Of a DNA stretch of 64,000 bases, positions 38,362 through 50,945 are shown one piece after another. Origin of the DNA: Eledone cirrhosa (lineage: Eukaryota); contig OZ024742.1 of assembly GCA_964016885.1 (NCBI GenBank), forward strand, positions 338,334,001 to 338,398,000, written 5' to 3'. Each line of letters starts with the position of its first letter. Positions within the stretch are counted from its first letter, which is position 1. Made by a program: the position numbers and the translations under genes. A model generated the notes under the pieces. The model was not told the origin of the DNA, did no database searches, and saw only the letters and a list, made by a program, of their open reading frames with translations.

Positions 38362-38950
38362 CGCAGTGTGACCAGAAGCTTGCTTCTCAACCACATGTTT
38401 CTGGGTTCAGTCCCACTGCCCGGGCCGACCAAAGCCCTGTGAGTGGATTTGATAGACCGACACTAAAAGAAGCCTGTCGTATATATGTCTGTGTGTGTCT
38501 TTGCATTTGTGTTTGCCCTCCCACCAATGCTTGTTTGTTTGTTGACGTTCCAATAACTTACCAAGGTGATGCTCCAGCATGGGCATAGTCCAGAGACAGA
38601 AAAAAAAAAGTGTATATATATAGATGTGTGTGTGTGTAGGAGAGGGATCTCAAACTCAAGGACACAAAAGGGCCATTACGTCCTGTAGGAGAGGCACAGT
38701 GGGCCAAACGTGGTGGTGGGTGATGATTTTCACCAGTTATAATCATTTCTACTAAAGGTACAAGGCATGAAATTTGGGGTTTAGGGTCCTGTCGATTACA
38801 TCGATTACAGTTCACAACTGGTACTTAATTTATTGACCCCAAAAGGATGAAAGGCAAAATTGAGATTGGCGGAATTTGAACTCAGAATGTGAAAACGGAA
38901 GAAGTACCGTTAAGCATTTCGCCAGATGTGCTAACGATTCCAGCTCACCG
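38362..38950. mobile_element. Cluster of SINE-like fragments
   Basis: B-box-like gggttcagtccc (+, about 38403). A minus-strand piece at 38745-38950 matches SINE 60531-60662 (actggtactt..gacccc..ggatgaaaggcaaa..atttgaactcag). Confidence 0.6.
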
Positions 38951-39157
38951 GCTTATTTTCACCAGTTATAATGCAATCTGATATATTGGTTCTACCATGG
39001 GCCATAGAAAAGTAGTTCGCAGGCCACATGTTTGAGGCCCCTGTTGAAGAGATAGATAGATAGATAGATAGACGTGTGCCAAACACACACACACACACGT
39101 TTCCTACTCTCTCTGTCTCTTCCTCTTTCTCTATTCATTTATATATATATATATATA

Positions 39158-40635
39158 TGTATGAAACAGTCAGCAAGGTTAGAATTAACAACGAATATAG
39201 TGAAGAGTTTAGCGTAAAAGTTGGTGTTCATCAGGGCTCCGTCCCTACTATTTATTTTATTGCCCTTCAGGCTATAACAGAGGAATTCAAGACCGGCTGC
39301 CCATGGGAACTTCTATATGCAGATGATCTAACGCTCATAGCTGAATCAATGGCTGAACTAGAGAAGAAATTCCAAACATGGAAGCATGGCCTAGAATCAA
39401 AAGGCCTTAAAATTAACCTGTCTAAAACTAAAGTTCTAGTTTGTAAGAAGGAAAATAGGGCACCGGTCTCATCTGGGAAATGGCCATACTCAGTGTAGGA
39501 AAGGAGAAGGCAAAAACTCCATTTTATGTCCCAAATGCAAAGTATGGGTGCATAAAAGATGTAGTGGGATCACAGGTAAGCTAACTAAGAATATAGATTT
39601 TATATGTGGCCGGTGCTCAGGTGCAATAAGTAGCAGCAAGTGCCCACAGAATACTAGCTCATTCCATTGCACAGATGGTTCTATAGAAATAGTGGACACC
39701 TTCCGTTACCTGGGTGAAAAAATCAGCAGTGGTGGAGGGTGCTCTGAAAGTACAGTAGCTAGAGTCAGAACGGGATGGAAAAAGTTCAGAGAGCTTATAC
39801 CACTATTGGCCGCTAAAGGGTTCTCTCTAAAAATGAAAGGCAGGCTGTATGATGCCTGCATACGAACAGCAATGTTACATGGCAGTGAGACTTGGGCATT
39901 GTGTGCAGAGGATATACGCAGACTGGAGAGGAACGAAGCTTGAATGCTCTGTTGGATGTGTAATAGTAATATACGTGAACGGCAAAGCATAAATGAACTA
40001 AGGGAGAAATTAGGAATAAGAGGAATCAGATGTTATTTACTCGAGAGAAGACTACGTTGGTATGGTCACGTGATGCGCATGAAAGAGGACAGCTGTATAA
40101 AAAAGTGCAGGGCAATAAAAATAGACGGTAGCCACGGAGTAGGCAGACCCAGAAAAACCTGGGACGAGTTGATAAATTCTGACCTCACACACTTACACCT
40201 CTCCAAGACAGTGTCACTGGACCGAGATCTTTGGCGCTACACAGTAATACAGAAGACCCGCCTTGCCTAAGTACAAAGCGAAACCTACAGTCAGTAGGCA
40301 CCTCTAACAAAAATACACCCCTGTCCCACCCCATCCACACCACCCCATTCGATGTAAAGTTATGTTGGTACCACAACATCCAGTCCAAAATAAATGAGGT
40401 CGTGTAGGTGTCACGAAAAAAAAAACACACAGTCCACGCTGTAATGTGGCCGTGTAGGTAACACGGTACAAACCTCCCAGTCCACACTGTAAACGTGGTT
40501 GGTGTTAGGAAGGGCATCCAGCCGTAGAAAACCCGCCAGAGAGTCCTATACGAGCAAGACAACCAATCTTGCCTCAAGTGGGAAAATTCCCGTCGAAACC
40601 CATGCAAGCATGGAAGATGGACGTTAAACGATGAT
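39158..40635 (+). mobile_element. 5'-truncated young RTE LINE in a (TA)n tract
   Basis: LLYADDL, FRYLG, RLRWYGHVMR and GRPRKTW motifs, plus a full 3' UTR ending ggacgttaaacgatgat. Confidence 0.93.
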
Positions 40636-40773
40636 ATATATGGTGTTGTCATGTTGAAAAGAGCAGTGGCCTTTAACCCAGCAATAAAAACAGGAGACAA
40701 AATTCTCTCTGAAGTAAAAATAAGGTGCACACACACAAGTTTATGTGTGTGTGTGTGTATCTATCTATGTATT

Positions 40774-40913
40774 TATATAAGGGATACAGATATTTTTTGT
40801 TCAGTCACCAAGCATCTCAATTCATTCGTTGCAACTAAGTTTGTGATCGAGTTCTTTTATGTATTTTATTTACTATTTTTCCCTTTAGTTTGTGATTCCA
40901 GAGAAAGGTAAGA
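40774..40913 (+). promoter_or_regulatory. Candidate proximal TATA/Inr promoter and non-coding exon, unit C
   Basis: TATATAAG at 40774, TCAGTC with its A at 40803 (29-nt spacing) and donor AAG|GTAAGA at 40908. Confidence 0.45.
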
Positions 40914-41699
40914 AATTCTTCATATTTTGCATCTTTGGTATTTTGACTTTTCGGTTTGAATTGTAGAAGTGTCTATCTACTCATAATAATGCAACAGCTG
41001 ACAGTGAGATATAAAATTTAAAAAAATTTTGAGGGGAAAATGGGTTGAGAACCTGTGATTTAGATCTACATAAATTCTTATTTCTACCTATACCTTCTTT
41101 CCTTTCTTCCATTCCCATTCATGTCTACTTATTTCTATCACTAATCTGTTTTCTTTCTTGATAGAAGTGATAGTTCATTATTTATTTTTAGTTTGTAGTT
41201 AAACATGTTACATAAAAGAACTTTTAGTTAACTTAAAGAAAATGAGAGACCATTTCGTTGGTATCCCCAGGTCAGACTGTGTGCATATTTATTATATATG
41301 ACATATTCCTATTTCTGACTTACTATGTGTATATATTTCCAGTATCTTACTTACTATATATTTATTGTGTATATATTTGCAATATCAGTCATACTGTATA
41401 TATATCCTATATCAGTCATACTGTCATATATATTCCTATATCTGACTTATTATGTATATATTACCATGACTGTAGTCAAGACACTTTTCTCTAATGACTT
41501 ATAATGTGTCAACAGTGAAAATATCCCTAATATTTTATTCTCTCTTTATATATTTCAGATTATCTGAAACTGTTTTTTTACAACTGAAACATCTTCAGAC
41601 TGTCACAAAGATAACAGTTGAAGAAAATATAGTCTTGAAAATATTTTGTGAAAAATTCAAGAGGAAAAGTAATTTTCTGTTTTGTAAGGCATATTTGAA

Positions 41700-43985
41700 A
41701 TGATGGGGAAAAAAGCATACCATTGTGTTACGTGTGGTCAATCTTTCCATTCTAATTCTTCTTTACGAAGCCATAAACGTATTCACAATGGTAGAAGACA
41801 ATTTCGTTGTGATATCTGTGGTAAAATATGCCGTAGTAATTCTTCTTTAACTATACACAAACGTAGTCACACTGGAGAAAAACCATACCATTGTGAAATC
41901 TGTGGTAAAGCTTTCTCTAAGAGAAATATTTTATTAACTCATTCTTGTAGTCACACAGGAGAAAAAACATACCAATGTGATATCTGTGGTAAAACATTTT
42001 CCAACAAATATTACATACCTACACACAAACGTTTTCATACAGGAGAGAAACCATACCACTGTGATATCTGTGGTAAAACATTTTCTGTTAAATGTTCTTT
42101 AACTACACATAAACGTAGTCACACTGGAGAAAAACCATACCATTGTGATATCTGTGAGAAAACCTTCTATGATAATTCTTCTTTAACTATACACAAACGT
42201 AGTCACACTGGAGAAAAACCATACCGTTGTGAAATCTGTGGTAAAGCTTTCTCCTTCAGAAATAGTTTATTACCTCATTCTCGTAGTCACACAGGAGAAA
42301 AACCATACCACTGTGATATCTGTGGTAAAACATTTCGCGTTAAATATTATATAACTACACACAAACGTATTCATACAGGAGAGAAACCATACCACTGTGA
42401 TATCTGTGGTAAAACATTTTCTGTTAAATGTTCTTTAATTAAACACAGACATATTCACACTGGAGAAAAACCATACTCTTGTGAATTCTGTGGTAAAGTT
42501 TTCTCTCAGAAAAGAAGTTTATTAACTCATTCTCTTATTCACACTGTTGAAAAACCATACAAATGTGATACATGTGGTAAGTGTTTTGCACGGAGTCAGT
42601 ATTTATCTAACCACAAACTTATACATACAGGAGAGAAGCCATACCACTGTAATATTTGTGGTAAGACATTCCTTCTAAATAGACAGTTATCACTACACAA
42701 ACGTGTTCACACAGGCGAGAAGCCACACCACTGTGATATTTGTGGTAAAGACTTCAGACTTACTGCTCATTTAACTCTACACAAACGTACTCACACTGGA
42801 GAGAAACCATTTCATTGTGATATCTGTGGTAAGTCATCCACAAATAGTTCTGGTTTAGCCAAACACAAACTTGTTCATACTGGGGATAAACCATATCCTT
42901 GTGATATCTGTGGTAAAAACTTGTCTAGTAATACTAATTTAGCTGCACACAAACGTATTCACACAGGAGAGAAGCCATACCATTGTGATATCTGTGGTAA
43001 AACATTCACTCACTCGAGTTCTGTTCCATCTCATAAACGTATTCATACTGGACAAAGACGATATCCTTGTAATATCTGTGGTAAAGTACTCACAACTGGT
43101 AGTTCTTTATCTAACCACCAAAATATTCACACAGGAGAGAAGCCACACCAATGCGATATCTGTGGTAAAGCATTTTCTGAGAAGTGTAATTTATTGACAC
43201 ATAAACGTCTTCACACAGGAATAAAACCATATCATTGTGGTATCTGTAGTAAGACCTTCTCTTATAGCTCTTCCTTGAAAATACACAGCCGTACTCACAC
43301 AGGAGAGAAGCCATACCGGTGTGATATCTGTGGTAAATCATTCTCTCAAAACAGTCATTTGTTGAACCATAAACGTATTCACACAGGAGAGAAACCATAT
43401 CACTGTGACATCTGTGGTAAGTCATTCTCAACTATTGCTTCTATATACCTACACAAAACTATTCATAGTGGAGATAAACCATACCCTTGTGATATCTGTG
43501 GTAAATACTATTCTACTAATATTATTTTAACTAGACACAAACTTATTCACACAGGAGAGAAGCCATATCATTGTGTTATATGTGGTAAGACGTTCAGTAA
43601 CCCAAGTTCTCTTTCAAATCATAAACATACTCATACTGGACATACTAGAGAAAAACATCATTGTAATATCTGTGGTAAAACATTCACAGCTAGTCAGAGT
43701 TTATCTAAACACCAAACTATTCACACAGGAGAGAAGCCACACCAATGCGATATCTGTGGTAAAGCATTTTCTCAAAATAGTAATTTATTGACACACAAAC
43801 GTCTTCACACAGGAGAAAAACCACATCACTGTGGTATCTGTAGTAAGACCTTCTCTGATAGTGCTTCCTTGAAAATACACAGCCGTACTCACACAGGAGA
43901 GAAGCCATACCGGTGTGATATCTGTGGTAAATCATTCTCTCGAAACAGTTATTTGTTGAACCATAAACGTATTCACACAGGATAG
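41700..43985 (+). CDS. C2H2 zinc-finger protein ZNF3, 27 fingers with two extra 3-finger blocks
   Basis: 761-aa ORF ending at the linker TAG (gga tag aag). Confidence 0.93.
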   Translation: MMGKKAYHCVTCGQSFHSNSSLRSHKRIHNGRRQFRCDICGKICRSNSSLTIHKRSHTGEKPYHCEICGKAFSKRNILLTHSCSHTGEKTYQCDICGKTFSNKYYIPTHKRFHTGEKPYHCDICGKTFSVKCSLTTHKRSHTGEKPYHCDICEKTFYDNSSLTIHKRSHTGEKPYRCEICGKAFSFRNSLLPHSRSHTGEKPYHCDICGKTFRVKYYITTHKRIHTGEKPYHCDICGKTFSVKCSLIKHRHIHTGEKPYSCEFCGKVFSQKRSLLTHSLIHTVEKPYKCDTCGKCFARSQYLSNHKLIHTGEKPYHCNICGKTFLLNRQLSLHKRVHTGEKPHHCDICGKDFRLTAHLTLHKRTHTGEKPFHCDICGKSSTNSSGLAKHKLVHTGDKPYPCDICGKNLSSNTNLAAHKRIHTGEKPYHCDICGKTFTHSSSVPSHKRIHTGQRRYPCNICGKVLTTGSSLSNHQNIHTGEKPHQCDICGKAFSEKCNLLTHKRLHTGIKPYHCGICSKTFSYSSSLKIHSRTHTGEKPYRCDICGKSFSQNSHLLNHKRIHTGEKPYHCDICGKSFSTIASIYLHKTIHSGDKPYPCDICGKYYSTNIILTRHKLIHTGEKPYHCVICGKTFSNPSSLSNHKHTHTGHTREKHHCNICGKTFTASQSLSKHQTIHTGEKPHQCDICGKAFSQNSNLLTHKRLHTGEKPHHCGICSKTFSDSASLKIHSRTHTGEKPYRCDICGKSFSRNSYLLNHKRIHTG

Positions 43986-44183
43986 AAGCCACACCAACGT
44001 GATATCTGTGGTAAAGCATTTTCTCGAAACAGTAGTTTGTTGACACATAAACGTCTTCACACAGGAAAGAAACCAGATTATTGTGACTTCAGTTGTGAGA
44101 CCTTTTCTCACAGTAGCACTTTGATACAACACATCCGTTCTTATACAGAAGAGAAACCATACCAGTGTGATATCTGTGGTAAA
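43986..44183 (+). pseudogene. Decayed and deleted tail of ZNF3
   Basis: HQRDICGK, CDFSCET and IRSYTEEKP, then a deletion joining tgtggtaa to 3'-UTR sequence aattttgtcactg. Confidence 0.85.
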
Positions 44184-44226
44184 ATTTTGTCACTGTTGTG
44201 CAATGTTTTTTAATTATTTTGAATAA

Positions 44227-45390
44227 AAACCACCTGATCACCTATAGATCCAGGGAGCATTCTAGTAAGATAGATTTTATCCTTACCCAGAGGACGTGAT
44301 AAATGAATGGTTGTAAAGACGAAAGTTTTCCCTGGTGAAGAATGTGCCTCCCAACAGAATTTAGTAGTCAACGACCTCATTGTCAGAGCAAGACAACGTG
44401 GAGAAGAAAGGTCTGGAAGCTGAAAGAGCCATAACCACGTGTAAATGTAAAAAATACTCGTGTAAATAAAGAAATACTAGATGGCGTTGTACTGAATGAT
44501 AGGTGCAGCAGCATCATTGTCAACTGCTACAAGTGTAAAGGCATGAAGCAGGTCTTGAAAGTGATAGAGAGTTATTGCACAACTGATTAGGGACCGGGTA
44601 AAACTAGACGAGATGCAATTTGGATTTGTACCAGGCAAAAGCATCACATGCTCTGTTTTGTGAGACAGTTACAGGATAAGTACCAAGCTAAAAGTAAGCC
44701 GCTCTACCTGGCATTTGTCGACCTGAAAAAAGTATTCGACAGAGGGACCTGTGCCGTATTCTGCTGGGCCCTTAGAAAACTAGGAGTAGATGAGTTGCTT
44801 GTGAAAGCAGTACAAGCCATGTATAGGAGAGCAGTTAGCATTAACACTGAGTTTAGCGAGGAATTTAGCATACAGGATGGCGTCCATCAGAGCTGTGTTC
44901 TTAGACCTTTCCTGTTTATCATACTACAGGCTGTAACAGAGGAGTTTAAGACAGGCAGCCCATGGGAACTCCTGTATGTGGATGATCTTACAGGCATAGC
45001 ATCTATGGTGGAACTAGAGAAGAAATTCCAAACATGGAAGCAGGGCTTAGTCTTTGTCAAGTAAACTTTAAGAGGGGTCTTAAAGTCTACTTGACAAAGA
45101 CTATGGTCCTAGTAAGTAGAAGAGAAAACAGATCAGTGATTTCCTCAGGTAAATGGCCTCGCTTTATGTGTAGGTAGGGATTCCATCTGTCCCAAATGCA
45201 AACTGGGTACACGAGAGATGTAGTGGGATCTGAAGAAGTTTAGCTAAGAAAGTAGGATTTACATGTAGCAGTTGTACTGGGTCAATGAGCAGCAAAAGAC
45301 CACAGGAAACAAACGTTATCAAATTCTGGGAAGGCTCAGAAGTAACAGTAGACAGCTTCTGCTACCTGGGTGACCAAATTAGCAGCAGGG
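44227..45390 (+). mobile_element. Older RTE remnant downstream of ZNF3
   Basis: Paralog of 7388-9140. ORF 44648..45064 carries RT motifs. Confidence 0.9.
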
Positions 45391-48300
45391 GTCTATTCTC
45401 ACTCAGTGGAAATTATTCAAGTAAAATGTCCATTGATCGATTGTGATTGAATAGTGTGTTATTGGCTACCAAGATAATACAGATTATGGTTGCCTACCAA
45501 CTGGAAATAATACACAGAAATGTATTGATGTCAAGTGAGATCTGATGGGCAAATACATTTAATGTATGGCTTCTTGGGGTGAAAGTTGTTATAACTGATG
45601 AATGGTAAATCATTAAATTGAGATTGGCGGAATTTGAACTCAGAATGTGAAAATGGAAGAAGTACCGTTAACCATTTTGCCAGATGTGCTAACGATTCCA
45701 CCAGCTCACTGCCTTATTTTCACCAGTTATAATGCAATCTGATATATTGGTTCTACCATGGGCCATAAAAAAGTAGTTCGCAGTCCACATGTTTGAGGCC
45801 CCTGTTGAAGAGATGGATAGATAGATAGACGTGTGCCAAACACACACACACACATTTCCTACTCTCTCCATCTCTTCCTCTTTCTCTATTCATTTATATG
45901 TATATATATAACAATAAATTAATGGAGGCATAGGCCCTCGCTAGTCCCTGTAAATAATGTGCTCAAAAGAGAAGAGATCCTGAGCTCTTTAAAATACAAT
46001 ATGTTGAGAAGGTAACACACCAGAGAGAGATATATAGTGCATTATCAATAATACAGGAAAAAAAGCCCACCAGTGTATGGAATCTATAACCTATGAAAGG
46101 CAGACTATAGACACGATAATTAAAAATATAAATTAAAGCGTAAATAAATACCTCTATGTATATCATTTCATTCATCATTTCAATATATATATATATATAA
46201 ATGTATCATCATCATCGTTTAACGTCCCATCTTCCACGCTTGCATGGGTTTGGACGGGAGTTTTCCCACTTGAGGCAAGAGTGGTTGTCTTGTTCGCATA
46301 GGACTGTCTGGCGGGTTTTCTACGGCTGGATGCCCTTCCTAACACCAACCACGTTTACAGTGTGGACTGGGAGGTTTTTACCGTGTTACCTACACGGCCA
46401 CATTACAGCGTGGACTGTGTGTTTTTTTTGTTGTGACACCTACATGACCTCATTTGTTTCGGACTGGATGTTGTGGTGCCAACATAACTTTACATTGAAA
46501 GGGGTGGTGTGGATGGGGTGGGGGTAGTGGGAGGGGGGTGTATTTTGTTAGAGGTGCCTACTGACTGTAGTCGGATTCACTTTGTACTTAGGTAAGGCGG
46601 GTCTTCTGTATTACTGTGTAGCGCCAAAGATCTCGGTCTAGTGAAATTGTCTTGGAGAGGTGTAAGTGTGTGAGGTCGGAATTTATCAAGTCGTCCCAGG
46701 TTTTTCAGGGTCTGCCTACTCCGTGGCTACCGTCTATTTTTATTGCCCTGCACTTTTTTATACAGCTGTCGTCTTTCATGCGCATCACGTGACCATACCA
46801 ACGTAGTCTTCTCTCGAGTAAACAACATCTGATCCCTCTTATTTCTGATTTTTCCCTTAGTTCGTTTATGCTTTGCCGTTCACGTATATTACTATTACAC
46901 ATCCAGCGGAGCATGCATGCTTCGTTCCTCTCCAGTCTGCATATATCCTCTGCACACATTGCTGTTCGTATGCAGGCATCATACAGCCTGCTTTTCATTT
47001 TTAGAGACAACCCTTTAGCAGCTAATAGTGGTATAAGCTCTTTGAACTTTTTCCATCCAGTTCTGACTCTAGCTACTGTACTTTCAGAGCACCCTCCACC
47101 ACTGCTAATTTTGTCACCCAGATAACGGAAGGTGTCCACTATTTCTCTAGAACCATCTGTGCAATGCAATGAGCTAGTATTCTGTGGGCACTTGCTGCTA
47201 CTTATTGCACCAGAGCACCGGCCACATATAAAATCTATATTCTTAGTTAGCTTGTGATCCCACTACATCTTTTATGCACCCATACTTTGCATTTGGGACA
47301 TAAAATGAAGTTTCTACCTACTCCTTTCCTACACACTGAGCATGGCCATTTCCCGGATGGGACCGGTGCCCTATTTTCCTTCCTACAAACTAGAACTTTA
47401 GTCTTAGACAGGTTAATTTTAAGGCCTTTTGATTCTAGGCCATGCTTCCATGTTTGGAATTTCTTCTCTAGTTCGGCCATTGATTCAGCTATGAGCGTTA
47501 GATCATCTGCGTATAGGAGTTCCCATGGGCAGCCGGTCTTGAACTCCACTGTTATAGCCTGAGGGGCAATAATAAATAGGAGGGGGCTAAGGACAGAGCC
47601 TTGATGAACACTAACTTTTACGCTAAACTCTTCACTATATTCGTTGTTAATTCTAACCTTGCTGACTGTTTCTTTATACATGGCTTGTATAGGTCTCACA
47701 AGCCATTCATCAACACCTAGTTTTCTAAGAGCCCACCAGATAATGGAACGGGGGACTCTGTCGAAGGCTTTCTCCAAGTCGACAAAAGCTAAGGGGTTTA
47801 CTTTCTCTTACCCGTCTTCATATCTTTGATTGCCTTACTTATTATACTACCTTCGACTAACACTGCTGGTCCCTCTATGTGATCAATGTTGGGGAGACTG
47901 TCTTTCTCCCATTTATTCTCCTCATTTAGTAGCCTTTCGTAGTGAAACTTCCAAGCTACCTTCTAATCAGCATCAGTGATGGCAAGTACACCATCATCAT
48001 TAAGGACACACTTCTCCCCGACAATATCACGGTTTTCCTTGACACATTGCCTAGCAATCCTGAACACCACGTTTTTGGTCTTCGCGTTGTAGAACATGCT
48101 TGAACTTTCTTTCCTCTGCTTCCCTTCTTGCGAAGTACACTTGTCTCCTAGCTTCCCTCCTGGCCACTTGATAGTCTTCTCTACTTCCCCCATCCCGCCA
48201 TACTTTCCAAGCCTGCTTTTTGGCCTTAATTGACTCCTCCACCTTAGTCTTCCACCACCACGTTACTCTCTTCCTGCCTATAGGCCTGCTCCAGCCACAG

Positions 48301-49533
48301 ACTTCGTCTGCCGCCATCAGCAGGTTTGCTTTCAGGAATTCCCACTGTTCCTCTATATTGTACGACTCTAATTGCTCTTCCTTACTGTCGAAAGCATCAA
48401 GTAATATGCTTTTAAATTTATTACTGGCTGTGGGGTCCTTTAGCTTCCATATTTTTCTCCTGAGGATAGTCCTCTTCTGTTGTCGAGTACGTCTCGTCCT
48501 GACTATGAGGTTGCTAATTATCAGTCTATGTTGGGAGGTGCATTCTTCATCGGGGAGGGATTTAGTGTTTACAACAGACACCCTGTCACGTCTTCTGGTA
48601 AGAATATAATCTACTTGGCTGGTATGTTCCCCTGATCTGTAGGTGATCAAGTGATTGTCTCGTTCTTTGAAGTTAGTGTTACAGATAGTTAGGTTATTTG
48701 CATCTCAGAATTCCAGGATTCTGGAGCCTTCCTCATTTCTAGTACCAAACCCATAGCCTCTGTGGATTCCGTCATAGCCATCACAATGTTGTCCAACGTG
48801 ACCATTTAGGTCGCCAGCAATAATTATATAGTCACTGTCGGTTATTTGAGAGGTAGTGAGCATCAGTGTCTCATAGAATCTGTCTTTTATAGCGCCAGGC
48901 AGTCCGAATTGGGGTGCGTACGCAGATATTACTGTCACAGTAGTTCTATTTAGAACAAGTCTTATTTTAATTATTCTGTCATTCACTCTATTTACGTCTA
49001 TTATCTTATCCACCCATTTTTCTGCTACCATGATACCTACCCCACCCAGCCCATTGTCATTTCCCACCCAGAAAAGCTTATAGCATCGTTCTTTACCCAC
49101 GATGAATCTAGCAGACCCACCCCTCCACCTGGTCTCTTGAATACAACAAACATCGACCTCCTTACGTTTAAGCATTTCTACAACCTCGTTAGACCGACCC
49201 TTCATGGTACCAACTCTGAAGTTTTGGATTGCATTTGGTGGGTGGGGCACAGGGAGGGGAAAGGGGGATAGGGTTGGGGTTATGTTGGCCATCCGCGGCC
49301 GAAACAAAGAGGAGGAGTCCTTGCCTTTTCGTCCGGCAGTATGAGGTGAATTTATCATTATCTTTGGCATTGTCTCCGAGTGTCCAGATTCTTCAGACTC
49401 TCCAAAAATTCCTTAGTCCATCCATCATATCGAAAAGCAACCAGGAGAAGTGATAGCATAGGCCGTTGACTTGTGATTGGTCCAAATAATAATGGTGGAG
49501 AGTGGGGGCGGGCGGGAGGGGTATGGGGTAGTT

Positions 49534-50043
49534 AGCGAGGAGAAGATTATTTAGAACAGTCAGACAGAATTATAGAATAGCATTAAGAAGTAGGATTTGG
49601 ATTCTGGGCGATTATACAGATATATGGATGAATGAACCGAAGGGTGGGGAGACAAGGAGAAAATGGTATTTTTACATTACATTTCGTAGAAGTGGACTGA
49701 CCATTAATAAGAGTTGACAAATTCTGAGATTTGTACCTCGTAACAGGTTTATTTATATTTGGTGCGAGTAGGGAGTGAGCGAGAGAGAGAGAGAGGGACC
49801 AACAGGCACGTATATGATAGAGAGGGGGGGGGGGGGTGATAGCGATTTAGAGGGCCGAGAGAAGCCATTTTTATGAATCATGGAAAAATTTCGGCCAAAA
49901 TGGTAGTAAGATGAAAAGGTTTTAAATAGAGCAATAAACAGCGAGGAGAAGATTATTTAGAACAGTCAGACAGAATTATAGAATAGCATTAAGAAGTAGG
50001 ATTTTGATTCTGGGCGATTATACAGATATATGGATGAATGAAC
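49534..50043. repeat. ~103-bp direct repeat pair in the RTE 5' region
   Basis: agcgaggagaagattatttagaacag...gatgaatgaac at 49534 and 49940. Confidence 0.9.
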
Positions 50044-50139
50044 TGAAAATCATGAATGTTTGATTCTTATAGAATTCTAGTAATAATCAGGAACTGATTA
50101 TACAGAATTCTATAAGAATCAAACATTCATGATTTTCAG
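50043..50139. repeat. 97-bp near-perfect palindrome/hairpin
   Basis: 36-bp perfect outer arms (ctgaaaatc...agaattct) and an inner ataatcag-gaa-ctgattat stem-loop. Confidence 0.95.
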
Positions 50140-50499
50140 CAAACAGGTGGAGTAGTTAGCTTTGATAAGTACCAAAAAGTACGAAACAGAGCTCTGTCAG
50201 CTTTATCTCCCCTGATTGCTGAAAATTTAAAGTGAGACTGTCACTACTCTAAAACAATAGCGTAAGGTTTTCGAAATGCTTTTAATTAAGCATTCAGTGT
50301 ATTGCAAAATACACTATATATACATTCATATATATATCGCTATTTCAGAGCACCAATTCTAATATATATATGGCATTGTCATGTTGAAAAGAGCAGTGGC
50401 CTTTAACCCAGCAATAAAAACAGGAGACAAAACTCTCTCTGAAGCAAAAATAAGGCGCACACACACAAGTTTATGTGTGTGTGTATCTATCTATGTATT

Positions 50500-50640
50500 T
50501 ATATAAGGGATACAGATATTGTTTGTTCACTGTCACCAAACATCTCAATTCATTCGTTGCAACTAAGTTTGTGATCGAGGTATTTTATTTTGCAAGGTAC
50601 TATTTTTCCTTTGAGTTTGTGATTCCAGAGAATGGTAAGA
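50500..50640 (+). promoter_or_regulatory. Candidate proximal TATA/Inr promoter and non-coding exon, unit D
   Basis: TATATAAG at 50500, TCACT with its A at 50529 and donor ATG|GTAAGA at 50635. Confidence 0.4.
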
Positions 50641-50945
50641 AATTCTTCATATTATGCATCTTTGGTATTTTGACTTTACAGTTTGAATTGTAGAAGTGTC
50701 TATTTACTCAAAATATTGCAACAGCTAACAGTGAGATATAGAATTTAAAAAAAAAAAAAGCTTTTTCGACTGAGATCAAGTTTTTGAGAACATTCACGTC
50801 TATTTTTCAAAAATATATAATTTGAAATACTTTGCTTTTGTTTTGGACTGAGACGTTTTTGTATTTAATTCGTACGAGGATTTTTTAAAGATTCTATCAT
50901 AACTTGATTTGGTCCAGTAATCTACTGATATCAAAATCAGTAGTA

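Larger units (their letters stand above)
33210..45614 (+). repeat. Unit C (most complete scaffold upstream of the ZNF exon; truncated downstream)
   Basis: Collinear with units A, B and E. Ends at the aaat junction, 45615. Confidence 0.88.
46205..50300 (-). mobile_element. Near full-length RTE LINE (APE + RT, disrupted)
   Basis: VDVCCIQETRW, VISAYAPQ, AGDLNGHVG, EKAFDRVP and LLYADDL motifs. (CAT)n tail at 46205. A ~350-bp RT deletion near 47800. The 5' boundary is approximate. Confidence 0.92.
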
